Assembly: GCA_002269645.1 (NCBI GenBank)
Contig: NIVC01002085.1
Coordinates: 9,200-73,199 of the forward strand
Direction of reading: 5' to 3'
DNA: 64,000 bases
DNA from: Macrostomum lignano
Taxonomy: Eukaryota
Both the position numbers and the translations under genes were made by a program. The notes beneath the pieces were generated by a model. It was not told where the DNA came from, searched no databases, and worked only from the letters and a program-made list of their open reading frames with translations. This document shows positions 1 through 13,315 of the stretch, piece by piece (within the stretch, counting starts at the first letter, position 1; every line of letters starts with the position of its first letter).

Positions 1-1111
1 GTCTGTCGGGAAACCAATACATAGATGACCGGATTTTCAGTTCCACGTTCAGTTCCACGAAAATAAATAAACAAAAAATCAAATGCATACTACAGCGAGG
101 AAAATCTTTTTAAAATTAAACTAAAAGCATTTTTGCAATATAACATCTGAGTAGACTTTACACCAAAAATATCTTTTCAATTGAACATCTGTGAGCTTCG
201 TGGCACACCTCGAATGCTGAAATGGAGAGATTTCTTCCTGCTTTTTTTATCTGTTGTGGAGACGCATCGTTCGCCACAGCGGCAAAAAACACCTAAGCTT
301 GTTTGGCAACGCTGGCGACCTCAGCCTCTTTTTCTCGTCTGTTGAAAGCACAGAAAGAGGTGGGTTCAAGCGTTGTCAGCATATTGAAGACCGAGATGCT
401 GACTCTGTGTCTGCTGACGTATCAGCGGACCTGACATGCCACGACGCAGACGCACGCTGCGGCCAGCAGTGGTTCATCACATCAGCGGTCTGGTGCTCCA
501 TGTGGAGAGGAAAACCTTTCATATGAGGAGCCAGGCCCGAACCCATTGATCAATCCAAACTAGATGTACATGTATAGCTGTTCTACGTTTTCTCTATACA
601 CTACATGTACTTTTTGCAATCTGAACCGTATGTCATCACAGCCTTAAAAGGATCCCCTGATAAAAATCCGTCTGTATGATCCCGGAGTTCCCGATTTGTG
701 CCCAAGCAGATTCCTATTATAGCTATTCGGCTGCATGCTGCTCGCCGCTAGCTCCAACCCTTGATACCCATCCCAGGCGGGGCTCCGGCCTCGCCAGGTC
801 TGGTCATACCGTAGATCCAGGTTCGCCAGGTCACAGAGTGGTGGCAGCCAGTGGGTCATGCAATAACCCGATGATCAATATTTGCACCTTAGCTATCGAT
901 GGGGCACATTTGGGTCCTTACCGCGTCTCTAATATAGCACTACCAAAAATTGTTATCAATATGCATGGGCGGGACAATCTGAAGGGCGATCTGTCGGTCA
1001 TAGTCTGGTCATAGACGGCTGGCAGCCATCCATAGTCATACGATCTGATCCTTCCCCCATGAGAAGACGGTTCACTAGTAGGGCGATTACATACATGTAA
1101 ATCATCATCAG

Positions 1112-1620
1112 TTCGACACTTCATCAGGAGTTCTGCATGGCGACACTTTGGCGCCGTTTCTCTTCGTGCTGCTGCCACTGGGTGCTTCGGACCGCAGTAT
1201 CCTCGACTAACGACGGCTTCCTGCGCTGCGCAGACGCATCGGTCGCCGCCACGGTGAAAAGCGCCTTATTATTATTTGCTTGGCTACGCCGACGAACTCG
1301 CTCTCCTGTCCTCGTCCGTTCAAGGTGGCATCCCGCCAGATCGACAGGTTGGTCAAGGTGGCATTGAGCGTCGGACTGGTTGTCAACACGCCAACCTGTT
1401 CAGGACGTCCTGTTGCTCACTCTGCAGGGCCCGCTCAGGCGGGGTCAGGCCCAAACCCGTTGATACGTGGACTGCCTCCTACGTACGCGACGCCAGGGCG
1501 CCCCGACACTGCCAACGGGGCGGACTTCGTCCGCTCTCAGGCTCTGCGGCGCGCCATCTGAAGCACCCTGCTCTGTGACTTTGATTGCTAGCTGCAGAAT
1601 TTGTTGTTGTTGTTGCTGTT
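1112..1620 (+). mobile_element. Decayed, internally deleted non-LTR retrotransposon (RTE/LINE-like) reverse transcriptase fragment and probable 3' end
   Basis: 1112-1174 translates FDTSSGVLHGDTLAPFLFVLL (cf. RT motif GVLQGDTLAP). After a stop and frameshift comes LGYADELALLSSS (YADD to YADE). Another frame gives RQIDRLVKVALSVGLVVNT. A short (TTG)n run near 1598-1620 may be the tail. The clade assignment is from memory, not a search. Confidence 0.8.
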
Positions 1621-2034
1621 ATGAGCTAACTTTTACAGTGTAATATTTTTTATTCATTTAAGTAAAACAATTAGTTAAAACAAATTATACTTCATTTAGT
1701 CCCAGGTAATTTTTTTTCTAGTCTTAAGAGTAACTAAAAACTAAAACAAAGTTCATCTACGCGTAAATATTTCATACCATCATTATAGAGTGACAGTTTT
1801 GCTCAGCAAAAGACATTTGAGCATGACTTTTATGCTTATATTTTATTCTTATGAGATTAAATTTTCAAAGAAAGTGCAGATAAATTAAATATCTTTTTTA
1901 ATTATATTATTATATATACATGTAATTAAAATTAAAATTAAAATTATAATATGTAAAATATTATAATTTTATATTGAAATATAATATAATTATAAATTTA
2001 TATTGAAGAGAGGGTGTGTAAGGAAACTTTCGTT

Positions 2035-2221
2035 CAGTAGTGCAACCAGAAATTTTATGAGGGGGCGGATTCTGGAGGGTAAAGTCCCGGGAGAGGGGTC
2101 GGAGGGGTGGCTCTGTTTTGGCGAAAATTCGCTTGGTCCCCCCTCTGATTCTTTGATTTTTTGGGTCTCCGCGCCTATAAGAGGGGGCGACCGCCCCCGC
2201 CCCCACCTGGTTGCGCCACTG
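2035..2221. mobile_element. MITE-like element with CAGTGGCG-type terminal inverted repeats
   Basis: CAGTAGTGCAACCAG (2035-2049) vs reverse complement of CTGGTTGCGCCACTG (2207-2221): 13/15 match. GC-rich island in AT-rich DNA. No clear TSD. Confidence 0.55.
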
Positions 2222-3393
2222 CCTTTGCCTTAGGCATTCTCCAAGCAATTCGAAAGCAATGTGCTTATTGAATTTCGTATGCATAAGTTTCATATGCGCG
2301 CTAAAATGACTGACGAAAAAATTACAATAAAATGTAAAACTATCATCAAAAAATAATATAATTTAAATATTTATTGCAATGGCAATGCTTTTTTATTTGC
2401 TGTTTAAGTGCAATTGGAGCAGAAATGTTTTTACTTTGTTTATACACTAACTATTTAGAGGCAATCCGGAGTGAATTAATTTAAATTTCGGAACTGAACC
2501 GAGAACTAAAAATCCGGTCATAATACATAGCAGTATCAGCACTCTGAGAAAGAAGTTCTCGAACATTCTTTATCTTAGCCCCATGCTTCTAAAGTATTAA
2601 TTGAACGATTCAATTTTTAGGCAGCAAAGTTTCGTTTCATTTTTATTAAGTTTTAATCATAACAAACCATATTATTAGGTAATTTATTTGTTACCAATCG
2701 TCTCATTTTTAAGTTTAGCAAGGAAGACCGGCTCCGCTCAGTTCCAAAATGAGTTCAATTGCGTTTAGAATCATACGCCTTTTTAATGTGTTATTGCTTT
2801 TCATCTTCTGTTGTAAGTACTTTGATTTTGTTTCGGATTTGTAGGCCTAGCTCTGAATTTGACACTAGACATAGGCCTAGGCCTACTGTCTTGTTTATTA
2901 TCAATATAGTTATAGATAGTAATTTCACAGGTTTATTAATATTAAAAGATTTTTGTTGTTAAACAAAATACTAGGCTCTTGTCTCAACTCTACTAGACTC
3001 ACTTAGTTACAAATATGAATATAGGATGTTAGAACTCTAGCACACAAATTGAAATGTTTGCAATTTAATTAAAATAAGGCAATAATATATTAAATGTGAA
3101 TATGCGATTTTGCAATTATAAAAGTTATAGGAAATTGTGACAAATTATGTTCTTATTTTACTAGGCCTATTTAAGTATAGGGTGCATCAGATAAATTGCA
3201 ACATGTAATAAGTAACTTTTATTATTTATTACAAAATTAGCTGTCAATGCTTTGTCTTCTCTATCACAAACTGGTTTTTTTTGCCAGAGACAAATTTCAA
3301 GGTGCGATTTTAAGGCTCAAAGTGCAATTTCTCTTGAGTCTTATTTCAAACAACTGGGAATGTATATTTTAATATCTTATATAAGGCTATATA

Positions 3394-3790
3394 GGGTAAG
3401 ATCTCATCAACCGAACATGAAAGTGTCATTTTTCGACATTCTCTCATAGATAGCAAAAAAAGTTTAATGTGTAATAAAATGAAACTACTCCGAAGTTGTT
3501 TAAAACATTTTTTTCTTTCAAATGAATGTTCGCTTTACTTTATTGCACAAGTAGAAAAAAAGTTATTGATGATTTTATCTCAAAACCGAACGATGATTCT
3601 AGGGTATCTTCAAACCGAACAGGGTATCTGACGTTCGGTTTTTGTGTTTGAACACTAATAACTTTTTTATTTCTCGTTCGTTTTTTCTAAAATATATATC
3701 ATTGTAAAGATTAATTCATACTCTTTCTAAAAAGTATAACTTTCGCTTAGATAAATGTAGAAAAATATTGTTTATCTGCATTTGAATAGA
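3394..3790 (+). mobile_element. End of a TA-flanked DNA transposon (TIR GGGTAAGATCTCATCAACCGAACA) with AACCGAAC subterminal repeats
   Basis: 24-bp terminus identical to the reverse complement of the terminus ending at 19559; preceded by TA; AACCGAAC motifs recur near 3410, 3585 and 3612. Inner boundary approximate. Confidence 0.55.
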
Positions 3791-4544
3791 GTACCCCCCA
3801 TTGAATAGAAAAATCGTGAATTTTTACCTTTTTGCCATTTCTTTAAACTCTTTCATGCTAAATTGATAAAAAGCCATATTTTTCTACTTATTTTAGACAG
3901 TCAAATCGGAAAAGCATTAAAGAATTTTTAAAAAACACAAGTTCTTTAAAGCAGAGCTGATACTTTGCCCATTTCGAAATTCTTCTGAAGGACCTACTAA
4001 TGTTTCAGCTTTCAACATAAGCATTTATTTTGGCATTATTACCTTGTTTTTGAAAGAAAAAAGTACCTCTAGTATACTTTTAACCTTTTTTATCATATAG
4101 TTAATATTTTTCAAAACTTAAGGAAGAAGAATAAAGTAAAAGTAAAAAATTGTAAAAAAACGATTTTTTGCAAACAAGTTCTTGTAATTTTATATTTTAT
4201 TTTTTCTCATCATACTCGTAAATTTTTACTTCAAGTAGTCGCATGCAAGATGTGAAGAAAAAATGCTGTGGATTCTTAAAATTTTCCAGAAAACCATCAC
4301 CTCGTTCTCAGACTGCAATCACTGCAACAAGGTGGACCGCCAAAACCATAGGCTCATTGGCTTCATCTGTTTACCCCAGCCTTGTATACATGTAGATTTT
4401 TTGCAAAGACAAGAAAGAAAAAGCTCGCAATAAATATTCAAAATCTACTTATCTACGCTCGTATATATAAAGTAAAAATTATACATGTATACGTACATGC
4501 AGATAGCCATCTGATAATAAACAGCATGAAGTCGACAGACAGGT

Positions 4545-7500
4545 GGCTGATAGAGAATATATAGGCAGGCCGTTGATAAAGACATAGATGGGCGGCTGAT
4601 AGAGATAGAGATAGAGCTGATAGAGATAAGAAAGCTGATAAAGAGGAGAAAGGCAGGCGACTGATAGAGACGAGACAGAAAGGCGGCTGATAGACAGGAG
4701 ATAGACAGGCCGCTGATAGAGAGGAGACAGACAGGCGACTGATAGAGACGAGACAGAAAGGCGGCTGATAGAGAGGAGACAGACAGGCGACTGATAGAGA
4801 CGAGACAGAAAGGCGGCTGATAGAGAGGAGACAGACAGGCCGCTGATAGAGAGGAGACAGACAGGCCGCTGATAGAGAGGAGACAGACAGGCCGCTGATA
4901 GAGAGGAGACAGACAGGCCGCTGATAGAGAGGAGACAGACAGGCCGCTGATAGAGAGGAGACAGACAGGCGACTGATAGAGACGAGACAGAAAGGCGGCT
5001 GATAGAGAGGAGACAGACAGGCGACTGATAGAGACGAGACAGAAAGGCGGCTGATAGAGAGGAGATAGACAGGCCGCTGATAGAGAGGAGACAGACAGGC
5101 CGCTGATAGAGAGGAGACAGACAGGCCGCTGATAGAGAGGAGACAGACAGGCCGCTGATAGAGAGGAGATAGACAGGCCGCTGATAGAGAGGAGACAGAC
5201 AGGCAGCTGATAGAGAGGAGACAGACAGGCATGGTTGATGGAGAGGAGACAGACAGGCCGCTGATAGAGAGGAGACAGACAGGCATGGTTGATGGAGAGG
5301 AGACAGACAGGCCGCTGATAGAGAGGAGACAGACAGGCATGGTTGATGGAGAGGAGATAGACAGGCAGCTGATAGAGAGGAGATAGACAGGCAGCTGATA
5401 GAGAGGAGATAGACAGGCCGCTGATAGAGAGGAGACAGACAGGCAGCTGATAGAGAGGAGATAGACAGGCAGCTGATAGAGAGGAGACAGGCAGGCGGCT
5501 GATAGAGAGGAGACGGGCGGGTGATAGAGAGGAGACGGGCGGCTGATAGAGAGGAGACGGGCGGCTGATAGAGAGGAGACGGGTGGCTGATAGAGGGGAG
5601 ACGGGCGGCTGATAGAGTGGAGATAGACAGAAAGCTGATAAAGAGGAGACAGGCAGGCGGCTGATAGAGAGGAGACAAGCCGCTGATAGAGAGGAGATAG
5701 ACAAGCGGCTGATAGAGAGGAGACGGGCGGCTGATAGAGAGGAGACAGGCCGCTGATAGAGAGGAGACAGACAGGCCGCTGATAGAGAGGAGACAGACAG
5801 GCCGCTGATAGAGAGGAGACAGACAGGCCGCTGATAGAGAGGAGACAGACAGGCCGCTGATAGAGAGGAGACAGACAGGCGACTGATAGAGACGAGACAG
5901 AAAGGCGGCTGATAGAGAGGAGACAGACAGGCGACTGATAGAGACGAGACAGAAAGGCGGCTGATAGAGAGGAGATAGACAGGCCGCTGATAGAGAGGAG
6001 ACAGGCAGGCCGCTGATAGAGAGGAGACAGACAGGCCGCTGATAGAGAGGAGACAGACAGGCCGCTGATAGAGAGGAGATAGACAGGCCGCTGATAGAGA
6101 GGAGACAGACAGGCAGCTGATAGAGAGGAGATAGACAGGCCGCTGATAGAGAGGAGACAGACAGGCAGCTGATAGAGAGGAGATAGACAGGCAGCTGATA
6201 GAAAGGAGATAGACAAGCGGCTGATAGAGAGGAGACGGGCGGCTGATAGAGAGGAGACGGGTGGCTGATAGAGAGGAGACGGGCGGCTGATAGAGAGGAG
6301 ACGGGTGGCTGATAGAGAGGAGACGGGCGGCTGATAGAATGGAGATAGACAGAAAGCTGATAAAGAGGAGACAGGCAGGCGGCTGATAGAGAAGAGACAA
6401 GCCGCTGATAGAGAGGAGATAGACAGGCCGCTGATAGAGAGGAGACAGACAGGCAGCTGATAGAGAGGAGACAGACAGGCCGCTGATAGAGAGGAGATAG
6501 ACAGGCCGCTGATAGAGAGGAGATAGACAGGCGGCTGATAGAGAGGAGACAGACAGGCCGCTGATAGAGAGGAGATAGACAAGCGGCTGATAGAGAGGAG
6601 ACGGGCGGTTGATAGAGAGGAGACAGACAGGCGGCTGATAGAGAGGAGACAGACAGGCGGCTGATAGAGAGGAGATAGACAAGCGGCTGATAGAGAGGAG
6701 ACGGGCGGCTGATAGAGAGGAGACAGGCCGCTGATAGAGAGGAGATAGACAGGCATGGTTGATGGAGAGGAGACAGGCAGGCCGCTGATAGAGAGGAGAC
6801 AGACAGGCATGGTTGATGGAGAGGAGATAGACAGGCAGCTGATAGAGAGGAGATAGACAGGCAGCTGATAGAGAGGAGATAGACAGGCCGCTGATAGAGA
6901 GGAGACAGACAGGCAGCTAATAGAGAGGAGATAGACAGGCAGCTGATAGAGAGGAGATAGACAGGCAGCTGATAGAGAGGAGATAGACAGGCATGGTTGA
7001 TGGAGAGGAGACAGACAGGCCGCTGATAGAGAGGAGACAGACAGGCAGCTGATAGAGAGGAGATAGACAGGCAGCTGATAGAGAGGAGATAGACAGGCAG
7101 CTGATAGAGAGGAGATAGACAGGCAGCTGATAGAGAGGAGACAGGCAGGCGGCTGATAGAGAGGAGACGGGCGGGTGATAGAGAGGAGACGGGCGGCTGA
7201 TAGAGAGGAGACGGGCGGCTGATAGAGAGGAGACGGGTGGCTGATAGAGGGGAGACGGGCGGCTGATAGAGTGGAGATAGACAGAAAGCTGATAAAGAGG
7301 AGACAGGCAGGCGGCTGATAGAGAGGAGACAAGCCGCTGATAGAGAGGAGATAGACAAGCGGCTGATAGAGAGGAGACGGGCGGCTGATAGAGAGGAGAC
7401 AGAAAGCTGATAGAGAGGAGACAGACAGGCCGCTGATAGAGAGGAGATAGACAAGCGGCTGATAGAGAGGAGACGGGCGGCTGATAGAGAGGAGACGGGC

Positions 7501-7797
7501 GGCTGATAGAGAGGAGACAGACAGGCAGCTTATAGAGAGGAGATAGACAAGCGGCTGATAGAGAGGAGACGGGCGGCTGATAGAGAGGAGACGGGCGGCT
7601 GATAGAGAGGAGACAGGCAGCTTATAGAGAGGAGATAGACAAGCGGCTGATAGAGAGGAGACGGGCGGCTGATAGAGAGGAGACAGGCAGCTGATAGAGA
7701 GGAGACGGGCGGCTGATAGAGAGGAGACGGGCGGCTGATAGAGAGGAGACGGGCGGCTGATAGAGAGTAGACGGGCGGCTGATGGAGAGATAGAGAG
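4545..7797. repeat. AG-rich minisatellite, 22/26-bp units (CTGATAGAGAGGAGACAGACAGGCCG / CTGATAGAGAGGAGACGGGCGG)
   Basis: Direct tandem periodicity with several recurrent variants. The 22-bp form dominates the 3' end. It is the source of three overlapping stop-free minus-strand ORFs. Confidence 0.95.
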
Positions 7798-8344
7798 GCC
7801 GTTAACGTAGACTATGAATACAAAGTCAATAATTAGAAGCAAAATTTTTAAGCGTTTCGCGAAGGCAGCAGTAATCCGGATGTCCGATCTCGAAACGATG
7901 TTGCAGATGTCAGTTGATATTGATGAGCCTTGAAAATCAAATGTCTAACGTAGCTAGGGCCAATTGGTTTTTAACCTGATTCAAATATTTTAAACGCATG
8001 AATGGACGTTGGAAAGTTGATTGGTGCCGCAGGAAAGCAAACAGAAACAGCCAATCCTCATGACTGCGCAAGGAATTCGGCTAACCAATGACAGCACGAG
8101 GAAAACTGGTCATGTCTGCGTAGGCCAAATTTTCTCCTCGTCGTTCAGTTTTTGAAATCTGGATGCAAGAACTTTAGATGGGAATTATCCATCTCTCACT
8201 CTGGCCACATCTATATGTAGCGCTTTTTTATTTACAGTTGGAATCCCAAATTCTGGATCAGCCAAAGGATTTTTTATGCTTAAATCTGCTGACACTGGGA
8301 CTAGAATAAGCCAGCGGATCCTTTCTCCCTATCCACTCCTTTTC

Positions 8345-9555
8345 CATCCGCCCCTTCCTCTGCATCCGCCCTTCCTCTGCATCTGCCCTTCCTCTGCATC
8401 CGCCCTTCCTCTGCATCTGCCCTTCCTCTGCATCCGCCCCTTCCTCTACACCCGCCCTTCCTCTGCATCTGCCCTTCCTCTGATTCCATCCCTTCCTCTG
8501 CATCTGCCCTTCCTCTGCATGCATCCCTTCCTCTGCATCCGCCCTTCCTCTGCATGCATCCCTTCCTCTGCATCCGCCCCTTCCTCTACACCCGCCCTTC
8601 CTCTGCATCCGCCCTTCCTCTGCATCCGCCCTTCCTCTGCATCCGCCCTTCCTCTGCATCCGCCCCTTCCTCTGCATCCGCCCCTTCCTCTACACCCGCC
8701 CTTCCTCTGCATCTGCCCTTCCTCTGATTCCATCCCTTCCTCTGCATCCGCCCTTCCTCTGCATGCATCCCTTCCTCTGCATCTGCCCCTTCCTCTGCAT
8801 CCGCCCTTCCTCTGCATCCGCCCTTCCTCTGCATGCATCCCTTCCTCTGCATCTGCCCCTTCCTCTACACCCGCCCTTCCTCTGCATCCGCCCTTCCTCT
8901 GCATCCGCCCCTTCCTCTGCATCCGCCCTTCCTCTGCATCTGCCCCTTCCTCTACACCCGCCCTTCCTCTGCATCCGCCCTTCCTCTGCATCCGCCCTTC
9001 CTCTGCATCCGCCCCTTCCTCTGCATCCGCCCCTTCCTCTGCATCCGCCCCTTCCTCTGCATCCGCCCCTTCCTCTGCATCCGCCCTTCCTCTGATTCCA
9101 TCCCTTCCTCTGATTCCATCCCTTCCTCTGCATCCGCCCCTTCCTCTGCATCCGCCCTTCCTCTGATTCCATCCCTTCCTCTGATTCCATCCCTTCCTCT
9201 TCATCCATCCCTTCCTCTGCATCCGCCCCTTCCTCTGCATCCGCCCTTCCTCTGCATCCGCCCCTTCCTCTGCATCCGCCCTTCCTCTGCATCTGCCCCT
9301 TCCTCTACACCCGCCCTTCCTCTGCATCCGCCCTTCCTCTGCATCCGCCCCTTCCTCTGCATCCGCCCTTCCTCTGCATCTGCCCCTTCCTCTACACCCG
9401 CCCTTCCTCTGCATCCGCCCTTCCTCTGCATCCGCCCCTTCCTCTGCATCTGCCCTTCCTCTGATTCCATCCCTTCCTCTTCATCCATCCCTTCCTCTGC
9501 ATCTGCCCCTTCCTCTGCATCCGCCCTTCCTCTGCATCCGCCTCTTCCTCTCCAT
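8345..9555. repeat. Pyrimidine-rich minisatellite, 17/18-bp unit (CCCTTCCTCTGCATCCG)
   Basis: Direct tandem periodicity, with variants containing ctacacccg, ctgattccat and gcatgcat. Confidence 0.95.
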
Positions 9556-10336
9556 CTGCTTTTTTCTTTCCATCTGCTCCTTCTAAAAATAAATATCAAA
9601 ATTGAGCAACAGGAGTATGAACGGGATGCTGCATGCAAAGCATGGATTTATCTCTCTCGCTTCATTGCGGTCGCTATTTAGGCCATATCATTTATTTACT
9701 TCGTGGAAAGGGCGTGAAGTTATGACATAATGCTTCTGGCGCTTCGTTAGGCCCATCATGTCTAAAATGTGCGCGAATTGGTTCCAGGCTCACCACGAAG
9801 TGCGAAAACAAACCGAATTTTGCAAAACAGTCGATAGTCAGAGATAAGGATAGGTGGATCATGCCGCCTATTGCCTCAGAAAAGGCCCAGGGTCTGGGAT
9901 TCTAGACAATAGACCAATACTTGACTATTGGGTGCGAAAAATCGTGCTTAGAATTTGAGCCTAATCCTACGGACTTAAAATGTGCGAATTTAAATTCGGT
10001 TCCCAGTAAAAATGAATTAATAGACACAGCCCTTATCGCAAACCGTCTGTCACCCAATTTTTCGCACCTACGAGTAAAAAGTAACTCGAAAATCGGCTCA
10101 ATTCGCACACGTTGTCTATGTTTTGGCACGGGTGTGAAGATGGAATTGCCCAAGGCAGCTTCGGCCACTCATCAATTCGTAAAAGGACTGAAAGATTTCA
10201 TACTTTTTGTTTGCGTAAAAGTTTGCCTACTTTTTCTGGGGCCCTCTTAGGTAAGATTTTAGATAAGCTAAGGTCAAAGTGATTAGATTGGACCCAAAAG
10301 CACCTTTGAGTATATAAAAGCTATAGCTAGCTAGTC

Positions 10337-12992
10337 TCTTCATCAAACCGGCTGATTCCTTCTCTAACTGTCTCTGTGTATCCCAGCACCTGAGTCTATC
10401 ATGAATTCAGAATGAGCTGAGTTTGGCCTAGCTCAGCATTTTCACTCAAACACACAGAGGACTTGAGAGCCGCTATAATCTTCATCAAACCGGCTGATTC
10501 CTTCTCTAACTGTCTCTGTGTATCCCAGCACCTGAGTCTATCATGAATTCAGAATGAGCTGAGTTTGGCCTAGCTCAGCATTTTCACTCAAACACACAGA
10601 GGACTTGAGAGCCGCTATAATCTTCATCAAACCGGCTGATTCCTTCTCTAACTGTCTCTGTGTGTCCCAGCACCTGAGTCTATCATGAATTCAGAATGAG
10701 CTGAGTTTGGCCTAGCTCAGCATTTTCACTCAAACACAGAGAGGACTTGAGAGCCGCTATAATCTTCATCAAACCGGCTGATTCCTTCTCTAACTGTCTC
10801 TGTGTATCCCAGCACCTGAGTCTATCATGAATTCAGAATGAGCTGAGTTTGGCCTAGCTCAGCATTTTCACTCAAACACACAGAGGACTTGAGAGCCGCT
10901 ATAATCTTCATCAAACCGGCTGATTCCTTCTCTAACTGTCTCTGTGTATCCCAGCACCTGAGTCTATCATGAATTCAGAATGAGCTGAGTTTGGCCTAGC
11001 TCAGCATTTTCACTCAAACACACAGAGGACTTGAGAGCCGCTATAATCTTCATCAAACCGGCTGATTCCTTCTCTAACTGTCTCTGTGTGTCCCAGCACC
11101 TGAGTCTATCATGAATTCAGAATGAGCTGAGTTTGGCCTAGCTCAGCATTTTCACTCAAACACACAGAGGACTTGAGAGCCGCTATAATCTTCATCAAAC
11201 CGGCTGATTCCTTCTCTAACTGTCTCTGTGTATCCCAGCACCTGAGTCTATCATGAATTCAGAATGAGCTGAGTTTGGCCTAGCTCAGCATTTTCACTCA
11301 AACACACAGAGGACTTGAGAGCCGCTATAATCTTCATCAAACCGGCTGATTCCTTCTCTAACTGTCTCTGTGTGTCCCAGCACCTGAGTCTATCATGAAT
11401 TCAGAATGAGCTGAGTTTGGCCTAGCTCAGCATTTTCACTCAAACACAGAGAGGACTTGAGAGCCGCTATAATCTTCATCAAACCGGCTGATTCCTTCTC
11501 TAACTGTCTCTGTGTATCCCAGCACCTGAGTCTATCATGAATTCAGAATGAGCTGAGTTTGGCCTAGCTCAGCATTTTCACTCAAACACAGAGAGGACTT
11601 GAGAGCCGCTATAATCTTCATCAAACCGGCTGATTCCTTCTCTAACTGTCTCTGTGTATCCCAGCACCTGAGTCTATCATGAATTCAGAATGAGCTGAGT
11701 TTGGCCTAGCTCAGCATTTTCACTCAAACACAGAGAGGACTTGAGAGCCGCTATAATCTTCATCAAACCGGCTGATTCCTTCTCTAACTGTCTCTGTGTA
11801 TCCCAGCACCTGAGTCTATCATGAATTCAGAATGAGCTGAGTTTGGCCTAGCTCAGCATTTTCACTCAAACACAGAGAGGACTTGAGAGCCGCTATAATC
11901 TTCATCAAACCGGCTGATTCCTTCTCTAACTGTCTCTGTGTATCCCAGCACCTGAGTCTATCATGAATTCAGAATGAGCTGAGTTTGGCCTAGCTCAGCA
12001 TTTTCACTCAAACACAGAGGACTTGAGAGCCGCTATAATCTTCATCAAACCGGCTGATTCCTTCTCTAACTGTCTCTGTGTATCCCAGCACCTGAGTCTA
12101 TCATGAATTCAGAATGAGCTGAGTTTGGCCTAGCTCAGCATTTTCACTCAAACACAGAGGACTTGAGAGCCGCTATAATCTTCATCAAACCGGCTGATTC
12201 CTTCTCTAACTGTCTCTGTGTATCCCAGCACCTGAGTCTATCATGAATTCAGAATGAGCTGAGTTTGGCCTAGCTCAGCATTTTCACTCAAACACACAGA
12301 GGACTTGAGAGCCGCTATAATCTTCATCAAACCGGCTGATTCCTTCTCTAACTGTCTCTGTGTATCCCAGCACCTGAGTCTATCATGAATTCAGAATGAG
12401 CTGAGTTTGGCCTAGCTCAGCATTTTCACTCAAACACAGAGAGGACTTGAGAGCCGCTATAATCTTCATCAAACCGGCTGATTCCTTCTCTAACTGTCTC
12501 TGTGTATCCCAGCACCTGAGTCTATCATGAATTCAGAATGAGCTGAGTTTGGCCTAGCTCAGCATTTTCACTCAAACACAGAGAGGACTTGAGAGCCGCT
12601 ATAATCTTCATCAAACCGGCTGATTCCTTCTCTAACTGTCTCTGTGTATCCCAGCACCTGAGTCTATCATGAATTCAGAATGAGCTGAGTTTGGCCTAGC
12701 TCAGCATTTTCACTCAAACACAGAGAGGACTTGAGAGCCGCTATAATCTTCATCAAACCGGCTGATTCCTTCTCTAACTGTCTCTGTGTATCCCAGCACC
12801 TGAGTCTATCATGAATTCAGAATGAGCTGAGTTTGGCCTAGCTCAGCATTTTCACTCAAACACAGAGGACTTGAGAGCCGCTATAATCTTCATCAAACCG
12901 GCTGATTCCTTCTCTAACTGTCTCTGTGTATCCCAGCACCTGAGTCTATCATGAATTCAGAATGAGCTGAGTTTGGCCTAGCTCAGCATTTT
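10337..12992. repeat. Highly homogeneous 142-bp satellite, about 19 copies
   Basis: Unit starts at 10337, 10479 and 10621 (period 142; some 140-bp copies). Copies differ mainly at CACACAGAGG/CACAGAGAGG/CACAGAGG and GTGTAT/GTGTGT. One EcoRI site per unit. Confidence 0.97.
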
Positions 12993-13315
12993 AACTTTAA
13001 AATACAGAAACCATTTCGCTCTTTCGCTCTTTCGCGTAATTGACCAGAACAACCAATTAGGGCTAATTACGGTAGTTAGTAATTGATAGCCATAAATCTA
13101 GGATGAGTTCTCGGAGAAAATTAGGAGTTTAGGTACAAATTAGAGTTTATTAAGTTATGTAGATATGTATCTTCAATTACTAATCTTTAAACAAGGTGTT
13201 TTAGGCCTATACGAGTACTATAGGCCTACGTTTTGCTTTAGGCCCTAGTGACTGAAATTTCCGATAGGCCAAATGTATATTTTCTTTCGATATGCCCATT
13301 AATGTTGGTTCTATT

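Noticed and set aside
254-1014. Short ORFs upstream of the RT fragment as possible endonuclease/ORF1 remnants
   Set aside because: No convincing APE endonuclease motifs were recognisable.
4445-7842. Three overlapping 745-1129 aa minus-strand ORFs (LSISRLSVSSLSAAC...)
   Set aside because: All three frames are open only because the reverse complement of the AG-rich unit lacks stop codons; unit lengths of 22/26 shuffle frames freely.
8258-9681. ORFs with GGCRGR / PLHPPFL repeats
   Set aside because: Products of a 17/18-bp minisatellite, open in many frames on both strands.
9931-10068. 12-bp perfect inverted repeat GGTGCGAAAAAT ... ATTTTTCGCACC, 138 bp apart
   Set aside because: Could be a tiny MITE, but there is no TSD or second copy in the window.
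10337-12992. Possible CRISPR array, tRNA/5S or spliced-leader RNA tandem cluster
   Set aside because: Whole units repeat with no unique spacers and no cas genes; I see no Pol III A/B boxes, 5S or SL/Sm-site sequence.
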